A stretch of 64,000 nucleotides of DNA from an uncultured Bacteroidales bacterium (lineage in GTDB: Bacteria; Bacteroidota; Bacteroidia; Bacteroidales; P3), in assembly GCA_910578275.1 (NCBI GenBank), contig CAJTPR010000005.1, forward strand, positions 109,030 through 173,029. The letters are read 5' to 3'. How positions within the stretch are numbered: the stretch's first letter is position 1; each line of letters begins with the position of its first letter. The translations under genes and the position numbers were made by a program. This document shows, piece by piece, positions 10,918 through 20,355 of this stretch. The notes under the pieces are model-generated. The model did no database searches. It saw only the letters and a list, made by a program, of their open reading frames with translations, and was not told where the DNA came from.

Positions 10918-12861
10918 ATGAGCAAGTTAGATTCCAAAGTTCCATCCGGGCCTTTGGCTCAGAAATGGACCAAATACAAGGCAGAACAGCATTTGGTCAA
11001 TCCCGCCAACAAGCGCAAGTTGGACGTGATCGTGGTGGGAACCGGCCTGGCAGGAGCCTCGGCGGCCGCCTCGTTGGGCGCGTTGGGTTTCAACGTCAAG
11101 ATTTTCTGTATTTCCGACAGTCCGCGCCGGGCGCATTCCATCGCCGCCCAGGGCGGTATCAATGCGGCCAAGAACTATCAGAACGACGGGGACAGCATAT
11201 ACAGGCTTTTTTACGATACCATCAAGGGGGGAGACTATCGTGCCCGTGAAGCGAACGTGTATCGTCTGGCCGAAGTGAGCAACGACATCATCGACCAATG
11301 CGTGGCCCAGGGCGTGCCTTTCGCCCGCGACTATGCCGGCTACCTCGACAACCGCTCTTTCGGCGGAGCCCAGGTTTCGCGCACGTTCTACGCCCGCGGT
11401 CAGACCGGGCAGCAGTTGCTTATCGGTGCCTATGGCGCCTTGAGCAACGAAATAGCCAAGGGTAGCGTGAAACTCTATGCCCGTCGCGAGATGATGGACG
11501 TGGTGGTCAAGGACGGACGTGCCTGCGGTATCATTTGCCGTAATATCGTCAACGGGGCCATCGAACGTTATTCGGCCCATGCCGTATTGCTTTGCACGGG
11601 TGGCTACGGAAACGTGTACTTCCTCAGCACCAACGCCATGAACAGCAACGGCAGCGCGGCTTGGAAAGCCTACAAGAAAGGCGCGTTTTTCGCCAATCCT
11701 TGCTTCACGCAGATACATCCCACCTGTATTCCCGTCCATGGCGATTACCAGAGCAAGCTCACGCTCATGAGCGAAAGTTTGCGTAACGACGGCCGTATCT
11801 GGGTTCCCAAGGAAAAAAGCGATGTGGAAAAACTCCGCAAGGGCGAGATCCGCCCCGTGGACATCCCCGAAGAAAAGCGCGACTATTATCTGGAACGTCG
11901 TTACCCGGCTTTCGGCAACCTCGTTCCGCGCGACGTGGCCTCCCGTGCCGCCAAGGAACGTTGCGACGCCGGTTTCGGTGTGAACGAGACGGGACTGGCC
12001 GTATTCCTCGACTTCAAGAGCGCCATCGAACGGTTGGGCAAGAAGAAAATCGAGGAACGCTACGGCAATCTCTTCCAGATGTACCAGAAGATTACCGACC
12101 AGAATCCTTATGAAACGCCGATGATGATCTATCCGGCGGTCCACTACACGATGGGCGGCCTTTGGGTGGATTACGAATTGCAGACCACGCTTCCGGGCTT
12201 GTTCGCCTTGGGCGAGGCCAACTTCTCCGACCACGGAGCGAACCGCCTGGGGGCTTCGGCCTTGATGCAGGGACTTTCCGACGGATATTTCGTCATCCCT
12301 TATACGTTGCAGAACGAACTTTCCTCGCATATTTCCGACGGTCCGGTTTCCACCGAATCGCCCGAGTTCGAACAGACGGAAAAGGAAGTGAAGGAACGAA
12401 TCAACCATTTGTGCAACATCAACGGAAAGACTTCGCCCGACACGTTCCACAAACGTCTGGGACACATCATGTGGGAAGGCGTGGGCATGGGGCGTACCGC
12501 CAAGAGCCTGCAATGGGCCATCGATGAAATCAAGGCCTTGCGTGCCGAGTTCTGGCGCGACTTGAAGGTGGTGGGCGCGGCCAACGAGATGAATCCTGAA
12601 CTGGAAAAGGCCTTGCGTCTGGCCGATTTCCTGGAATTGGGCGAACTCATGGCCAAGGACGCCTTGTTGCGCGAGGAGTCCTGCGGCGGCCATTTCCGCG
12701 AAGAACACCAGACTCCCGAAGGCGAAGCCAAGCGTGACGACGAGAAATTCATGCATGTTTCGGCTTGGGAATACAAGGGCGGGGAGGCCGAACCCGAACG
12801 CCACGTCGAACCCTTGGAATATGAAAACATCAAGGTGGCGGTTCGCAATTACAAAAACTAA
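10918..12861 (+). CDS. sdhA: Succinate dehydrogenase/fumarate reductase flavoprotein subunit
   Basis: 647 aa. FAD-binding [33 protein letters not shown] and the typical C-terminal domain. Confidence 0.95.
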   Translation: MSKLDSKVPSGPLAQKWTKYKAEQHLVNPANKRKLDVIVVGTGLAGASAAASLGALGFNVKIFCISDSPRRAHSIAAQGGINAAKNYQNDGDSIYRLFYDTIKGGDYRAREANVYRLAEVSNDIIDQCVAQGVPFARDYAGYLDNRSFGGAQVSRTFYARGQTGQQLLIGAYGALSNEIAKGSVKLYARREMMDVVVKDGRACGIICRNIVNGAIERYSAHAVLLCTGGYGNVYFLSTNAMNSNGSAAWKAYKKGAFFANPCFTQIHPTCIPVHGDYQSKLTLMSESLRNDGRIWVPKEKSDVEKLRKGEIRPVDIPEEKRDYYLERRYPAFGNLVPRDVASRAAKERCDAGFGVNETGLAVFLDFKSAIERLGKKKIEERYGNLFQMYQKITDQNPYETPMMIYPAVHYTMGGLWVDYELQTTLPGLFALGEANFSDHGANRLGASALMQGLSDGYFVIPYTLQNELSSHISDGPVSTESPEFEQTEKEVKERINHLCNINGKTSPDTFHKRLGHIMWEGVGMGRTAKSLQWAIDEIKALRAEFWRDLKVVGAANEMNPELEKALRLADFLELGELMAKDALLREESCGGHFREEHQTPEGEAKRDDEKFMHVSAWEYKGGEAEPERHVEPLEYENIKVAVRNYKN

Positions 12862-12873
12862 ACAAGAAAAGAG

Positions 12874-13611
12874 ATGAACTTTACATTGAAAATATGGCGA
12901 CAGAGCGGTCCCAAGGCGAAAGGTCGTTTTGAAACCTATCCGATAAGCAATATTTCGTCCGATTGCTCGTTCTTGGAAATGCTGGATATATTGAACGAGT
13001 CGTTGGTGGCCGAAGGCAAGGAACCCGTTTGCTTCGACCACGACTGCCGCGAGGGTATTTGCGGCATGTGCAGTTTGTATATCAACGGTCATCCGCATGG
13101 TCCCGACAGCCAGATCACCACTTGCCAGTTGCATATGCGCAAGTTCAAGGATGGCGATACCATTTACATTGAACCGTGGCGCAGCGCGGCATTCCCCGTC
13201 ATCAAGGACCTTACCGTGGATCGCCAGGCGTTCGACAAGATCATTCAGGCGGGCGGTTTCATTTCCGCCACCACGGGGGGCGTTCCCGACGGCAATGCCA
13301 TTCCGGTACGCAAGAAAGACGCCGACATTTCGATGGACGCGGCGGCTTGTATCGGATGCGGGGCTTGCGTGGCGGCTTGCAAGAACGCCAGCGCGATGTT
13401 GTTCGTTTCGGCCAAGGTGTCGCATCTGGCGCACTTGCCCCAAGGCAAGGTGGAAGCCGCCGAAAGGGTGAAGAAGATGATTGCCAAGATGGACGAACTC
13501 GGTTTCGGCAACTGCACGAATACGGGCGCTTGCGAGGCCGAGTGTCCCAAAGGCATCAAGATCCTGCATATCGCCAAGCTGAACCGCGAATTCATCAAGG
13601 CTTCGTTCTAA
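12874..13611 (+). CDS. sdhB: Succinate dehydrogenase/fumarate reductase iron-sulfur subunit
   Basis: 245 aa with CREGICGMC and [11 protein letters not shown] ... [12 protein letters not shown] cluster ligand motifs. Confidence 0.95.
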   Translation: MNFTLKIWRQSGPKAKGRFETYPISNISSDCSFLEMLDILNESLVAEGKEPVCFDHDCREGICGMCSLYINGHPHGPDSQITTCQLHMRKFKDGDTIYIEPWRSAAFPVIKDLTVDRQAFDKIIQAGGFISATTGGVPDGNAIPVRKKDADISMDAAACIGCGACVAACKNASAMLFVSAKVSHLAHLPQGKVEAAERVKKMIAKMDELGFGNCTNTGACEAECPKGIKILHIAKLNREFIKASF

Positions 13612-13667
13612 GGAGACAAGACCAGGCTTTCCGTACAGGAGCCCGGCACACGGACCTTTCTTTGAAA

Positions 13668-13700
13668 GGGCGGAAGCGCATGCGCTTCCGCCCTTTTTTT
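13668..13700 (+). terminator. Rho-independent terminator after sdhB
   Basis: Perfect 12-bp stem GGGCGGAAGCGC/GCGCTTCCGCCC followed by T7. Confidence 0.85.
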
Positions 13701-13712
13701 GTGTGAAAGCGT

Positions 13713-13720
13713 TATCTTTG
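13713..13720 (+). promoter_or_regulatory. -7 promoter box (TATCTTTG) upstream of pheT
   Basis: Perfect TAnnTTTG within the recurrent TTATCTTTGCC motif, 108 nt before the pheT ATG. Confidence 0.4.
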
Positions 13721-13827
13721 CCGTTCGTACGCCTTTTGCTGTACAACCGGCAGGCCGGGTCGCGCTTGGCGCGCCGTAGGGCCTGGTTCCGCGCGGAAAG
13801 TCCGGGGCGAAATATTTCAACAGGAAA

Positions 13828-16290
13828 ATGAAAGTAGCATACAGTTGGCTTAAGCAATACGCCGATTTCGATTTGAACGTGGATGAGGTTTCACGCCTCC
13901 TTACCGATTGCGGACTGGAGATAGATGCCGTGGAAGAAGTGGAAAGTATCCGGGGCGGATTGAAAGGTGTCGTGACCGGAAAGGTGCTTACGTGCGAACC
14001 GCATCCCGATTCCGATCATTTGCATGTCACCACCGTGGATACGGGAGAATCCGAGCCGCTTCCCATCGTGTGCGGGGCGGCCAACGTGGCGGCGGGCCAG
14101 AAGGTGATCGTGGCCACGGTAGGCGCGGTGTTGTACGACGGGGAAGAGTGTTTCACGATCAAAAAGGCCAAGTTGCGCGGCTGTCCGTCTTGCGGCATGA
14201 TTTGCGCGGAAGACGAGATAGGCGTGGGAAAGAGTCATGACGGGATCATGGTCTTGCCGGAAGATACGCCCGTGGGCATGCCCGCCGCCGAGTATTTCAA
14301 TCTTCAGAGCGAGACGGTCTTTGAAATAGGGCTCACTCCCAACCGTTCCGATGCCACTTCGCATATCGGCGTGGCGCGTGACTTGGCCGCGCTTGAAACC
14401 ATCCGGAACAATCATCCCGTCAAGCTTGCATATCCTTCGGTGGAGGCATTCGAGGAAGGAACGGGATCTTGCGTGGACGTGGAGGTGCTCGATAAGGTCG
14501 GTTGCCCCCGGTATGGCGGGCTTTGCATTAAGGACGTCCGGGTCGGACCTTCCCCCGAATGGTTGCAGAAAAGGCTTTTGAGCGTGGGGCTTCGTCCTGT
14601 CAACAACGTGGTGGACGTGACCAATTTCGTGCTGATGGAGACCGGTCAGCCCATGCATGCTTTCGACATGGCCAAGATAAAGGGGCGCAAGATCGTGGTC
14701 CGTCCTGCCAAGGAAGGGGAAACGATGGTGACGTTGGACGGTGTGGAACGCAAATTGAGCGCGCAAAACCTCATGATTTGCAATGAAAGCGAACCGATGT
14801 GCATCGCGGGCGTCTTCGGTGGCTTGGACGCGGGCGTGAGCCTGACGACGACCGAAGTGTTCCTAGAAAGCGCGTATTTCAATCCTGTCAGCATACGCAA
14901 GACGGCGCGCGAGCACGGACTCAACACCGACGCCTCGTTCCGTTACGAGCGCGGGGCCGATCCCGATATTTGCATCTATGCGCTCAAGCGGGCGGCATTG
15001 TTGTTGGCGGAAGTGGCGGGCGCCCGGGTGGCGAGCGGCATCATCGATCGTTATCCCGAACCGATAGTAAGGCCGCAAGTGGAATTCACGCTGGAATACC
15101 TGGATCGTTTGATAGGGCAGCCCATGGAGGCCGCCGAGGTGAAACGGGTTCTGGAAGCCTTGGAAATGCAGGTGGAAATGCAATCCGGAGCCACGGCCCG
15201 GGAGACGGTTTACAAGGTGAGGGTTCCGCTCAACAAGACCGACGTGACGCGCCCTGCCGACGTGGCCGAAGAGTTCTTGCGCATCTACGGATACAACCGT
15301 GTCGATTCGGGTAACCGGCTCTCGTTCGGAATGAGGGAAGAAAAGAGCGCCGAAAACGAACGGGTGGTGACACATGTTTCGGAATTCTTGAGCCACAACG
15401 GTTTCGATGAAATCATGAACAATTCGCTTTGTTCGGAAAATTATGTGGAATGGTTCGGCTTGCAGGACGTGGTGAGGATGATGAATCCGCTGAGCAAGGA
15501 AATGAGCGTCATGCGTCCCGATCTCCTGTTCGGCGGGCTTTCGAGCATCATGTTCAACTTGCACCACAAGCAGGGGAACTTGCGTTTCTACGAGTTCGGA
15601 CGCACCTATTCCGCCCTGTCAGGTGCAAGCTCCTCGGCGCCGGTGACGGAGCGTTTCAGGGAAGAAAACCATCTGGGCTTGTGGTTGTGCGGCAACGACC
15701 ATGACGAACTTTGGCAGCAAGCCCCCAAGCCGTTCGATTTCTACGCGCTCAAGTCGTATGTGGAAAAAGTTTGCCGCCTTTTGCGGATCGATACGGCTAG
15801 AAGCCGCTGCACGGAACATCAAAGTCCTTGTTTCGCCTATGGCTTGCAGTTGGAACTGGCCGGAAAACCGGCTGTGAAGTTCGGCGAAGTCCTGCCGTCC
15901 GTATGCAGTCGTTTCGATATCAAGGTCCCCGTATTCTATGCCGATTTCGATTGGGACGCGGTGTTGCGGGCGATGCCTGGAAAAGCGCCCAAGTACAAGG
16001 AAGTGAACCGTTTTCCGGAAGTTCGCCGCGACTTGGCGCTTCTGGTGGACAAGACCGTCAAGTTCTCCCGGATAGAACAAGTGGCGCGCAAGAGTGAAAA
16101 AAGCCTGTTGAAGGAAGTTTCCCTCTTTGACGTCTACGAAGGCAAGAACCTGCCCGAAGGCAAGAAATCGTATGCGGTCAGCTTTATCTTGCAGGAAGAA
16201 GGCAAGACCCTTGCCGACAAGCAGATCGAAAAGACGATGGACAGGATTTCCACGGCCTTGCAGGACGAATTGGGTTGTTCGCTGCGATAA
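13828..16290 (+). CDS. pheT: Phenylalanine--tRNA ligase beta subunit
   Basis: 820 aa. N-terminus MKVAYSWLKQYADFDLNVDEVSRLLTDCGLEID, tRNA-binding domain, B3/4 and B5 regions, and the C-terminal FDVYEGKNLPEGKKSYA anticodon-binding-like domain. Confidence 0.95.
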   Translation: MKVAYSWLKQYADFDLNVDEVSRLLTDCGLEIDAVEEVESIRGGLKGVVTGKVLTCEPHPDSDHLHVTTVDTGESEPLPIVCGAANVAAGQKVIVATVGAVLYDGEECFTIKKAKLRGCPSCGMICAEDEIGVGKSHDGIMVLPEDTPVGMPAAEYFNLQSETVFEIGLTPNRSDATSHIGVARDLAALETIRNNHPVKLAYPSVEAFEEGTGSCVDVEVLDKVGCPRYGGLCIKDVRVGPSPEWLQKRLLSVGLRPVNNVVDVTNFVLMETGQPMHAFDMAKIKGRKIVVRPAKEGETMVTLDGVERKLSAQNLMICNESEPMCIAGVFGGLDAGVSLTTTEVFLESAYFNPVSIRKTAREHGLNTDASFRYERGADPDICIYALKRAALLLAEVAGARVASGIIDRYPEPIVRPQVEFTLEYLDRLIGQPMEAAEVKRVLEALEMQVEMQSGATARETVYKVRVPLNKTDVTRPADVAEEFLRIYGYNRVDSGNRLSFGMREEKSAENERVVTHVSEFLSHNGFDEIMNNSLCSENYVEWFGLQDVVRMMNPLSKEMSVMRPDLLFGGLSSIMFNLHHKQGNLRFYEFGRTYSALSGASSSAPVTERFREENHLGLWLCGNDHDELWQQAPKPFDFYALKSYVEKVCRLLRIDTARSRCTEHQSPCFAYGLQLELAGKPAVKFGEVLPSVCSRFDIKVPVFYADFDWDAVLRAMPGKAPKYKEVNRFPEVRRDLALLVDKTVKFSRIEQVARKSEKSLLKEVSLFDVYEGKNLPEGKKSYAVSFILQEEGKTLADKQIEKTMDRISTALQDELGCSLR

Positions 16291-16337
16291 ATATGCGAGC
16301 GCGTCGGGTTGCGCGTCCTTGATTCTTTCCCGTGAAC

Positions 16338-16370
16338 GGGCGAGGCGGCCGGGTTTCCGGTCGCCTTTTT
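16338..16370 (+). terminator. Probable intrinsic terminator after pheT
   Basis: GC-rich bulged hairpin (GGCGA..CCGG GTTT CCGG TCGCC) followed by T5. Confidence 0.45.
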
Positions 16371-16426
16371 CATGCGGGTCCATATCCTCGGTCCGGCAAG
16401 ATGTCGGGCGTAGTCAAGATGACTTG

Positions 16427-16456
16427 TTCACCCCGGCAAAGCCCATAAATCCTTGG
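16427..16456 (+). repeat. Degenerate partial copy of the 78-bp repeat unit, upstream of the riboswitch
   Basis: TTCACCCCGGCAAAGCCCATAAATCCTTGG versus the unit TTCGCCTCGGCAAAGTCCAGGAATCCTTGG; about 25 of 30 positions identical by eye. Confidence 0.5.
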
Positions 16457-16537
16457 TTTGTGTATTAGGATTTTTTAAGTCGTTGTTTTTCAGTCAGATT
16501 TTTGATATTTGAAAATTTGCGTACTTTCGTGGCGGCT

Positions 16538-16708
16538 TTTTGGTCAAGGCGAAAAGGTAAGGCCTTGATAATTAGGAACACGGTGTGAATCCGTGACAGT
16601 ACCCTCTACTGTGATTCTCGTTGAAGCCGGGCAATAGGTCACTGTGTCGCATGAAAACCGGCATGGGAAGGCGTCCGGGGGAGAGATAAGTCAGGAGACT
16701 AGCCAAAG
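16538..16708 (+). promoter_or_regulatory. Cobalamin (B12) riboswitch aptamer
   Basis: Conserved core AGGAACACGGTGTGAATCCGTGACAGTACCC..ACTGT, then GGGAAGGC, and the B12 box AAGTCAGGAGACTAGCC at 16688-16704. A near-consensus -7 box TACTTTCG sits at 16522-16529. The next gene downstream is a TonB-dependent receptor. Confidence 0.85.
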
Positions 16709-16818
16709 CGAGCATGGCTTTCATTCTTCCGGGGAAAGGGGGAGGAAAGCACGGAGGGACGCCGTTCTTGCGTTCCTGTTTCCGGAAATGTTCTCATAGG
16801 GTCCGAAAGTCAGTTGAG

Positions 16819-17128
16819 CTTTCATCCGACGTTTTATTCGCCTCGGCAAAGTCCAGGAATCCTTGGCCTCTGCGCTCGGCTTCAGTAAAACGTTGGCTTT
16901 CATCCGACGTTTTATTCGCCTCGGCAAAGTCCAAGAATCCTTGGCCTCTGCGCTCGGCTTCAGTAAAACGTTGGCTTTCATCCGACGTTTTATTCGCCTC
17001 GGCAAAGTCCAGGAATCCTTGGCCTCTGCGCTCGGCTTCAGTAAAACGTTGGCTTTCATCCGACGTTTTATTCGCCTCGGCAAAGTCCAAGAATCCTTGG
17101 CCTCTGCGCTCGGCTTCAGTAAAACGTT
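16819..17128. repeat. Tandem array, 4 x 78 bp, near-identical units
   Basis: The unit CTTTCATCCGACGTTTTATTCGCCTCGGCAAAGTCCAGGAATCCTTGGCCTCTGCGCTCGGCTTCAGTAAAACGTTGG starts at 16819, 16897, 16975 and 17053. Copies 1 and 3 have CCAGGAAT while copies 2 and 4 have CCAAGAAT. No unique spacers are present. Confidence 0.95.
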
Positions 17129-17142
17129 CAATTTGATTCGAG

Positions 17143-19164
17143 ATGGTTGACAGGATCCTTGTCGTCGTTTTCTTTCTTGCTTGCGGCTTGCTTCCGGCAG
17201 TTCGCCTTTCGGCGCAGGAGCAGGCACCGCGCGGGGAGGATTCGGTAAGCCGGCACTACTATCTGGACGAAGTGGTGATTTCCGCTCCGTCGAAGGAAAT
17301 CATCCGGCCGCAGAAGTTGGACGGAAAGGTGTTGGAACGCCTCAACAGTCTTTCGGTGGCAGATGCCATCCGTTTCTTTTCCGGCGTGCAGATCAAGGAC
17401 TACGGCGGGGTGGGAGGCATCAAGACCGTCAATATACGCAGCATGGGAACCAACCAGATGGGCGTTTACTACAACGGCATCCAGTTGGGCAACGCCCAGA
17501 ACGGGCAAATAGACTTGGGCAAGTTCTCGTTGGAAAACATAGACGAGATCGCGCTCTACAACGGACAGAAAAGCGATATATTCCAAAGCGCGCGCGAGTT
17601 CGGTTCCTCCGGCAGTATTTATCTCAACAATCGTCGTCCCGGATTCGAGGAAGGCAGGAACTTTCATCTCCGGGCGGCCATGAAGACCGGATCGTTCGCG
17701 TTGGTGAACCCTTCCTTGCTCATGGAATACAAGGTGGGCGAGAAGTTCAACGTGTCGATGAACGCCGAGGTGCTCAACTCCGATGGCAAGTACAAGTTCC
17801 GCTATCGCAGGCGCACGCCTTCGGGCGACCTGGCTTACGACACGACGGCGGTGCGTCAAAACGGCGACATCAACGCCGTGCGCGTGGAAGCGGGGCTGCA
17901 ACACTATTATTCCAACACGGGATGCTGGAAGTTCCAGGCCTATCACTACAATTCCGAACGCGGCGTGCCGGGCGCGATCGTCAACAATGTCTGGCGGCGC
18001 GGGGAACGGCTTTGGGACCGCAACAGTTTCGTGCAGGCTTCTTTCCAGGACGAGTTTTTCGACCGCTGGCAGTTGCGCCTCAACGCCAAGTACGCTTACG
18101 ACTACACGCATTACGTGAACAACGACGACAAGCTGGTTCGCTCCGACAACGTCTATGTGCAACGCGAGGCATACGCTTCGTTGGCCAACAAGCTGGAGGT
18201 TTTCCGCTGGTGGGACGTTTCGCTGGCCTACGACTTCCAGTGGAACGGCATGGAGGAATACATGGACGTGAGCCGTTTTTCGCACTACTTGGCGGCGGCC
18301 ACGGCGATGAACCTTTTCGACCATGTGAAAATACAGGCCTCCGTGCTGGGTACTTTCGTCAACGAGGAGGCTTCACGCCGCCACAAGGCTCCCGACAAAC
18401 GCAAGGTCACGCCCGGCTTGTTCCTTTCCTACCAGCCTTTCAGGCGCATAGGATTGGTCGTCAGCGCGTTCTACAAGCAAGCCTATCGTTATCCCACGTT
18501 CAACGACCTTTACTATACCGACATGGGCAACGCCTCCTTGGAACCGGAACTGGCCATCCAGCACGATGTGGGTGTCGGTTATTCCCTGGAACGTAAAAAA
18601 GGCGTGTTCCGTCAATTCGAGATCAAGGCGGACTATTATTACAACCGCGTAAAGGACAAGATCGTGGCCTATCCCAAAGGGCAACAGTTCCGTTGGACGA
18701 TGCTCAATCTGGGCATGGTGAAAATCAACGGCGTGGATGTGTCTTCGCGTTTCATGCTGCAATTCCCGCATCAATGGTCGTTGACAGGCACGTTGCAGTA
18801 TACGTATCAGACGGCCGTGGACGTTACCGATCCCGCCGACACCTATTACGGCGACCAGATTCCCTACATTCCTTGGCATAGCGGTTCGGTGACGGGCATG
18901 CTGGCATGGCGCAACTATGCGCTCAACTACGGCTTCATCTATGTCGGGAAACGTTACAATCAGCAGGAGAACATAGTGTATAACTACACACAGCCGTGGT
19001 ACACGCACGATCTTTCGCTCTCGGGGGCGTGGAAAATAAGGAAAAAGGTGCTCTTGAAAGCCACGTTGGAGGTGAACAACCTGCTTTCGCAGGACTACGA
19101 CGTGATACTCAATTACCCGATGCCCGGGCGGAATTACCGTATCTCGCTGGTTGTTGAATATTGA
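17143..19164 (+). CDS. btuB: TonB-dependent outer-membrane receptor, BtuB-like (riboswitch-linked)
   Basis: 673 aa. Signal peptide, plug domain (LDEVVISA...LNSLSVADAIRFFSGVQIKDYGGVGGIKTVNIRSMG), beta-barrel body and a terminal aromatic residue (...RISLVVEY). Its position behind a cobalamin riboswitch supports a corrinoid receptor role. Confidence 0.8.
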   Translation: MVDRILVVVFFLACGLLPAVRLSAQEQAPRGEDSVSRHYYLDEVVISAPSKEIIRPQKLDGKVLERLNSLSVADAIRFFSGVQIKDYGGVGGIKTVNIRSMGTNQMGVYYNGIQLGNAQNGQIDLGKFSLENIDEIALYNGQKSDIFQSAREFGSSGSIYLNNRRPGFEEGRNFHLRAAMKTGSFALVNPSLLMEYKVGEKFNVSMNAEVLNSDGKYKFRYRRRTPSGDLAYDTTAVRQNGDINAVRVEAGLQHYYSNTGCWKFQAYHYNSERGVPGAIVNNVWRRGERLWDRNSFVQASFQDEFFDRWQLRLNAKYAYDYTHYVNNDDKLVRSDNVYVQREAYASLANKLEVFRWWDVSLAYDFQWNGMEEYMDVSRFSHYLAAATAMNLFDHVKIQASVLGTFVNEEASRRHKAPDKRKVTPGLFLSYQPFRRIGLVVSAFYKQAYRYPTFNDLYYTDMGNASLEPELAIQHDVGVGYSLERKKGVFRQFEIKADYYYNRVKDKIVAYPKGQQFRWTMLNLGMVKINGVDVSSRFMLQFPHQWSLTGTLQYTYQTAVDVTDPADTYYGDQIPYIPWHSGSVTGMLAWRNYALNYGFIYVGKRYNQQENIVYNYTQPWYTHDLSLSGAWKIRKKVLLKATLEVNNLLSQDYDVILNYPMPGRNYRISLVVEY

Positions 19165-19167
19165 CCG

Positions 19168-20355
19168 ATGCCGGAAATGAAAAGGAAACGACTCCTCTCA
19201 TGGCTCTGCCTCGTGCCGTTGCTGTTTGCCGCTTGCCGCAAGGACGAGATCGTCGTGCCCGCCGAGTACGAACTCTTGCCGCTTCCGGTAAGGACGGAGG
19301 CCGGTTTCGCCCCCGACGAACCGATCGGCATGTACCTGCTCAACGAGGGCAACATGGGAAGCAACAAGGCTTCGATCGATTACGTGGATTTCGTGAACGG
19401 CTGTTACGTGCGCAATATCTACGCCGGGCGTAATCCGTCCGTCGTCAAGGAACTGGGCGACGTGGGCAATGACATCCAGGTTTACGGGAGCAAGCTCTAC
19501 GCGGTCATCAATTGTTCGCACAAGGTGGAAGTGATGGACGCGCGGACGTGCGTACGTGTCGGGCAGATAGACATTCCCAATTGCCGCTATATCCGTTTTT
19601 CGTGCGGCAAGGCCTACGTTTCGGCCTATGTCGGTCCGGTTTCGATGGATCCCGACGCGCAACCGGGCGCGGTGTTCGAGATAGATACCGCCACGCTTTC
19701 GGTAACCGGCCAGGTTACGGTGGGCTATCAGCCCGACGAACTGGACATATCGGGCGAATATGTCTACGTGGCCAATTCCGGAGGCTATCGCGCTCCGGAC
19801 TACGATCATACGGTTTCGGTGGTGGAACGCCAGGCGATGAGGCAGGTGCGCAAGATTGCCGTGGGACCGAACCTGAACGGCTTGCGAAAGGATCGTTACG
19901 GCAGGTTGTGGGTCAGTTCGCACGGCGATTACGGAAAAAGGCCGTCCCGCCTCTATCTGTTGGCGGAGAAAGACGGATTGTCCCGGGAAATGGCGGTGAG
20001 TGACACGTTCGATCTGCCTTGCCACCGTTTCACGATAGCGGGCGATTCGCTCTATTATTGCGGCCTTTCAAGGACCGGCCCGGACGAGGCGGACCGCGTT
20101 TCCTACGGTATCGTGGACGTGCGTACCATGCAGCATGCCGCTTCCTTTATCACCGACGGTACCGAACGCGAGATCAAGACGCCTTACGGAATAGCCGTGA
20201 ACCCGTATGACGGCGACATTTTCGTTACCGATGCCAGGAATTACGTTTCCAGCGGCGTGTTGCACTGCTACGGAAAAGACGGCAAGCGGAAATGGAGCGT
20301 GCGTACGGGCGACATACCGGCGCACATGGTTTTCATTTACAAGAAAAACGGATGA
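19168..20355 (+). CDS. Surface lipoprotein, YncE/DUF5074-like beta-propeller (BtuG-like candidate)
   Basis: Lipobox LLFAAC|RKDE. It contains YLLNEGNMGSNKASIDYVDF, YVANSGGY and repeated propeller-like blades. It lies directly after the receptor. The BtuG assignment is an inference from architecture and context. Confidence 0.6.
   Translation: MPEMKRKRLLSWLCLVPLLFAACRKDEIVVPAEYELLPLPVRTEAGFAPDEPIGMYLLNEGNMGSNKASIDYVDFVNGCYVRNIYAGRNPSVVKELGDVGNDIQVYGSKLYAVINCSHKVEVMDARTCVRVGQIDIPNCRYIRFSCGKAYVSAYVGPVSMDPDAQPGAVFEIDTATLSVTGQVTVGYQPDELDISGEYVYVANSGGYRAPDYDHTVSVVERQAMRQVRKIAVGPNLNGLRKDRYGRLWVSSHGDYGKRPSRLYLLAEKDGLSREMAVSDTFDLPCHRFTIAGDSLYYCGLSRTGPDEADRVSYGIVDVRTMQHAASFITDGTEREIKTPYGIAVNPYDGDIFVTDARNYVSSGVLHCYGKDGKRKWSVRTGDIPAHMVFIYKKNG

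Noticed and set aside
13721-13827. The GC-rich, hairpin-prone 108-nt pheT leader, considered as a possible T-box or attenuator.
   Set aside because: There is no T-box specifier or T-box sequence, no Phe-rich leader peptide, and no terminator/antiterminator alternative that I could draw. The evidence is insufficient.
10927-13857. A 976-aa ORF on the minus strand spanning sdhA-sdhB, the longest antisense ORF in the track.
   Set aside because: It lies exactly opposite two unmistakable genes (the flavoprotein and Fe-S subunits). Its translation is low-complexity (rich in A, G, R, V, H) with no recognisable motifs. Stop-poor antisense frames are expected at this GC content.
16819-17128. Whether the regular 78-bp array could be a CRISPR array.
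   Set aside because: The units are contiguous with no unique spacers between them, and no cas genes or leader are nearby. It is a simple tandem repeat.
16714-17227. ORFs of 95-168 aa in four frames across the 78-bp array, considered as possible repeat-protein genes.
   Set aside because: Any stop-free frame of a single unit is automatically open through all copies, and four of six frames are open. The peptides are basic and low-complexity with no signal or family features. Only the plus-strand uORF at 16714 is kept as a regulatory hypothesis, not as a protein gene.
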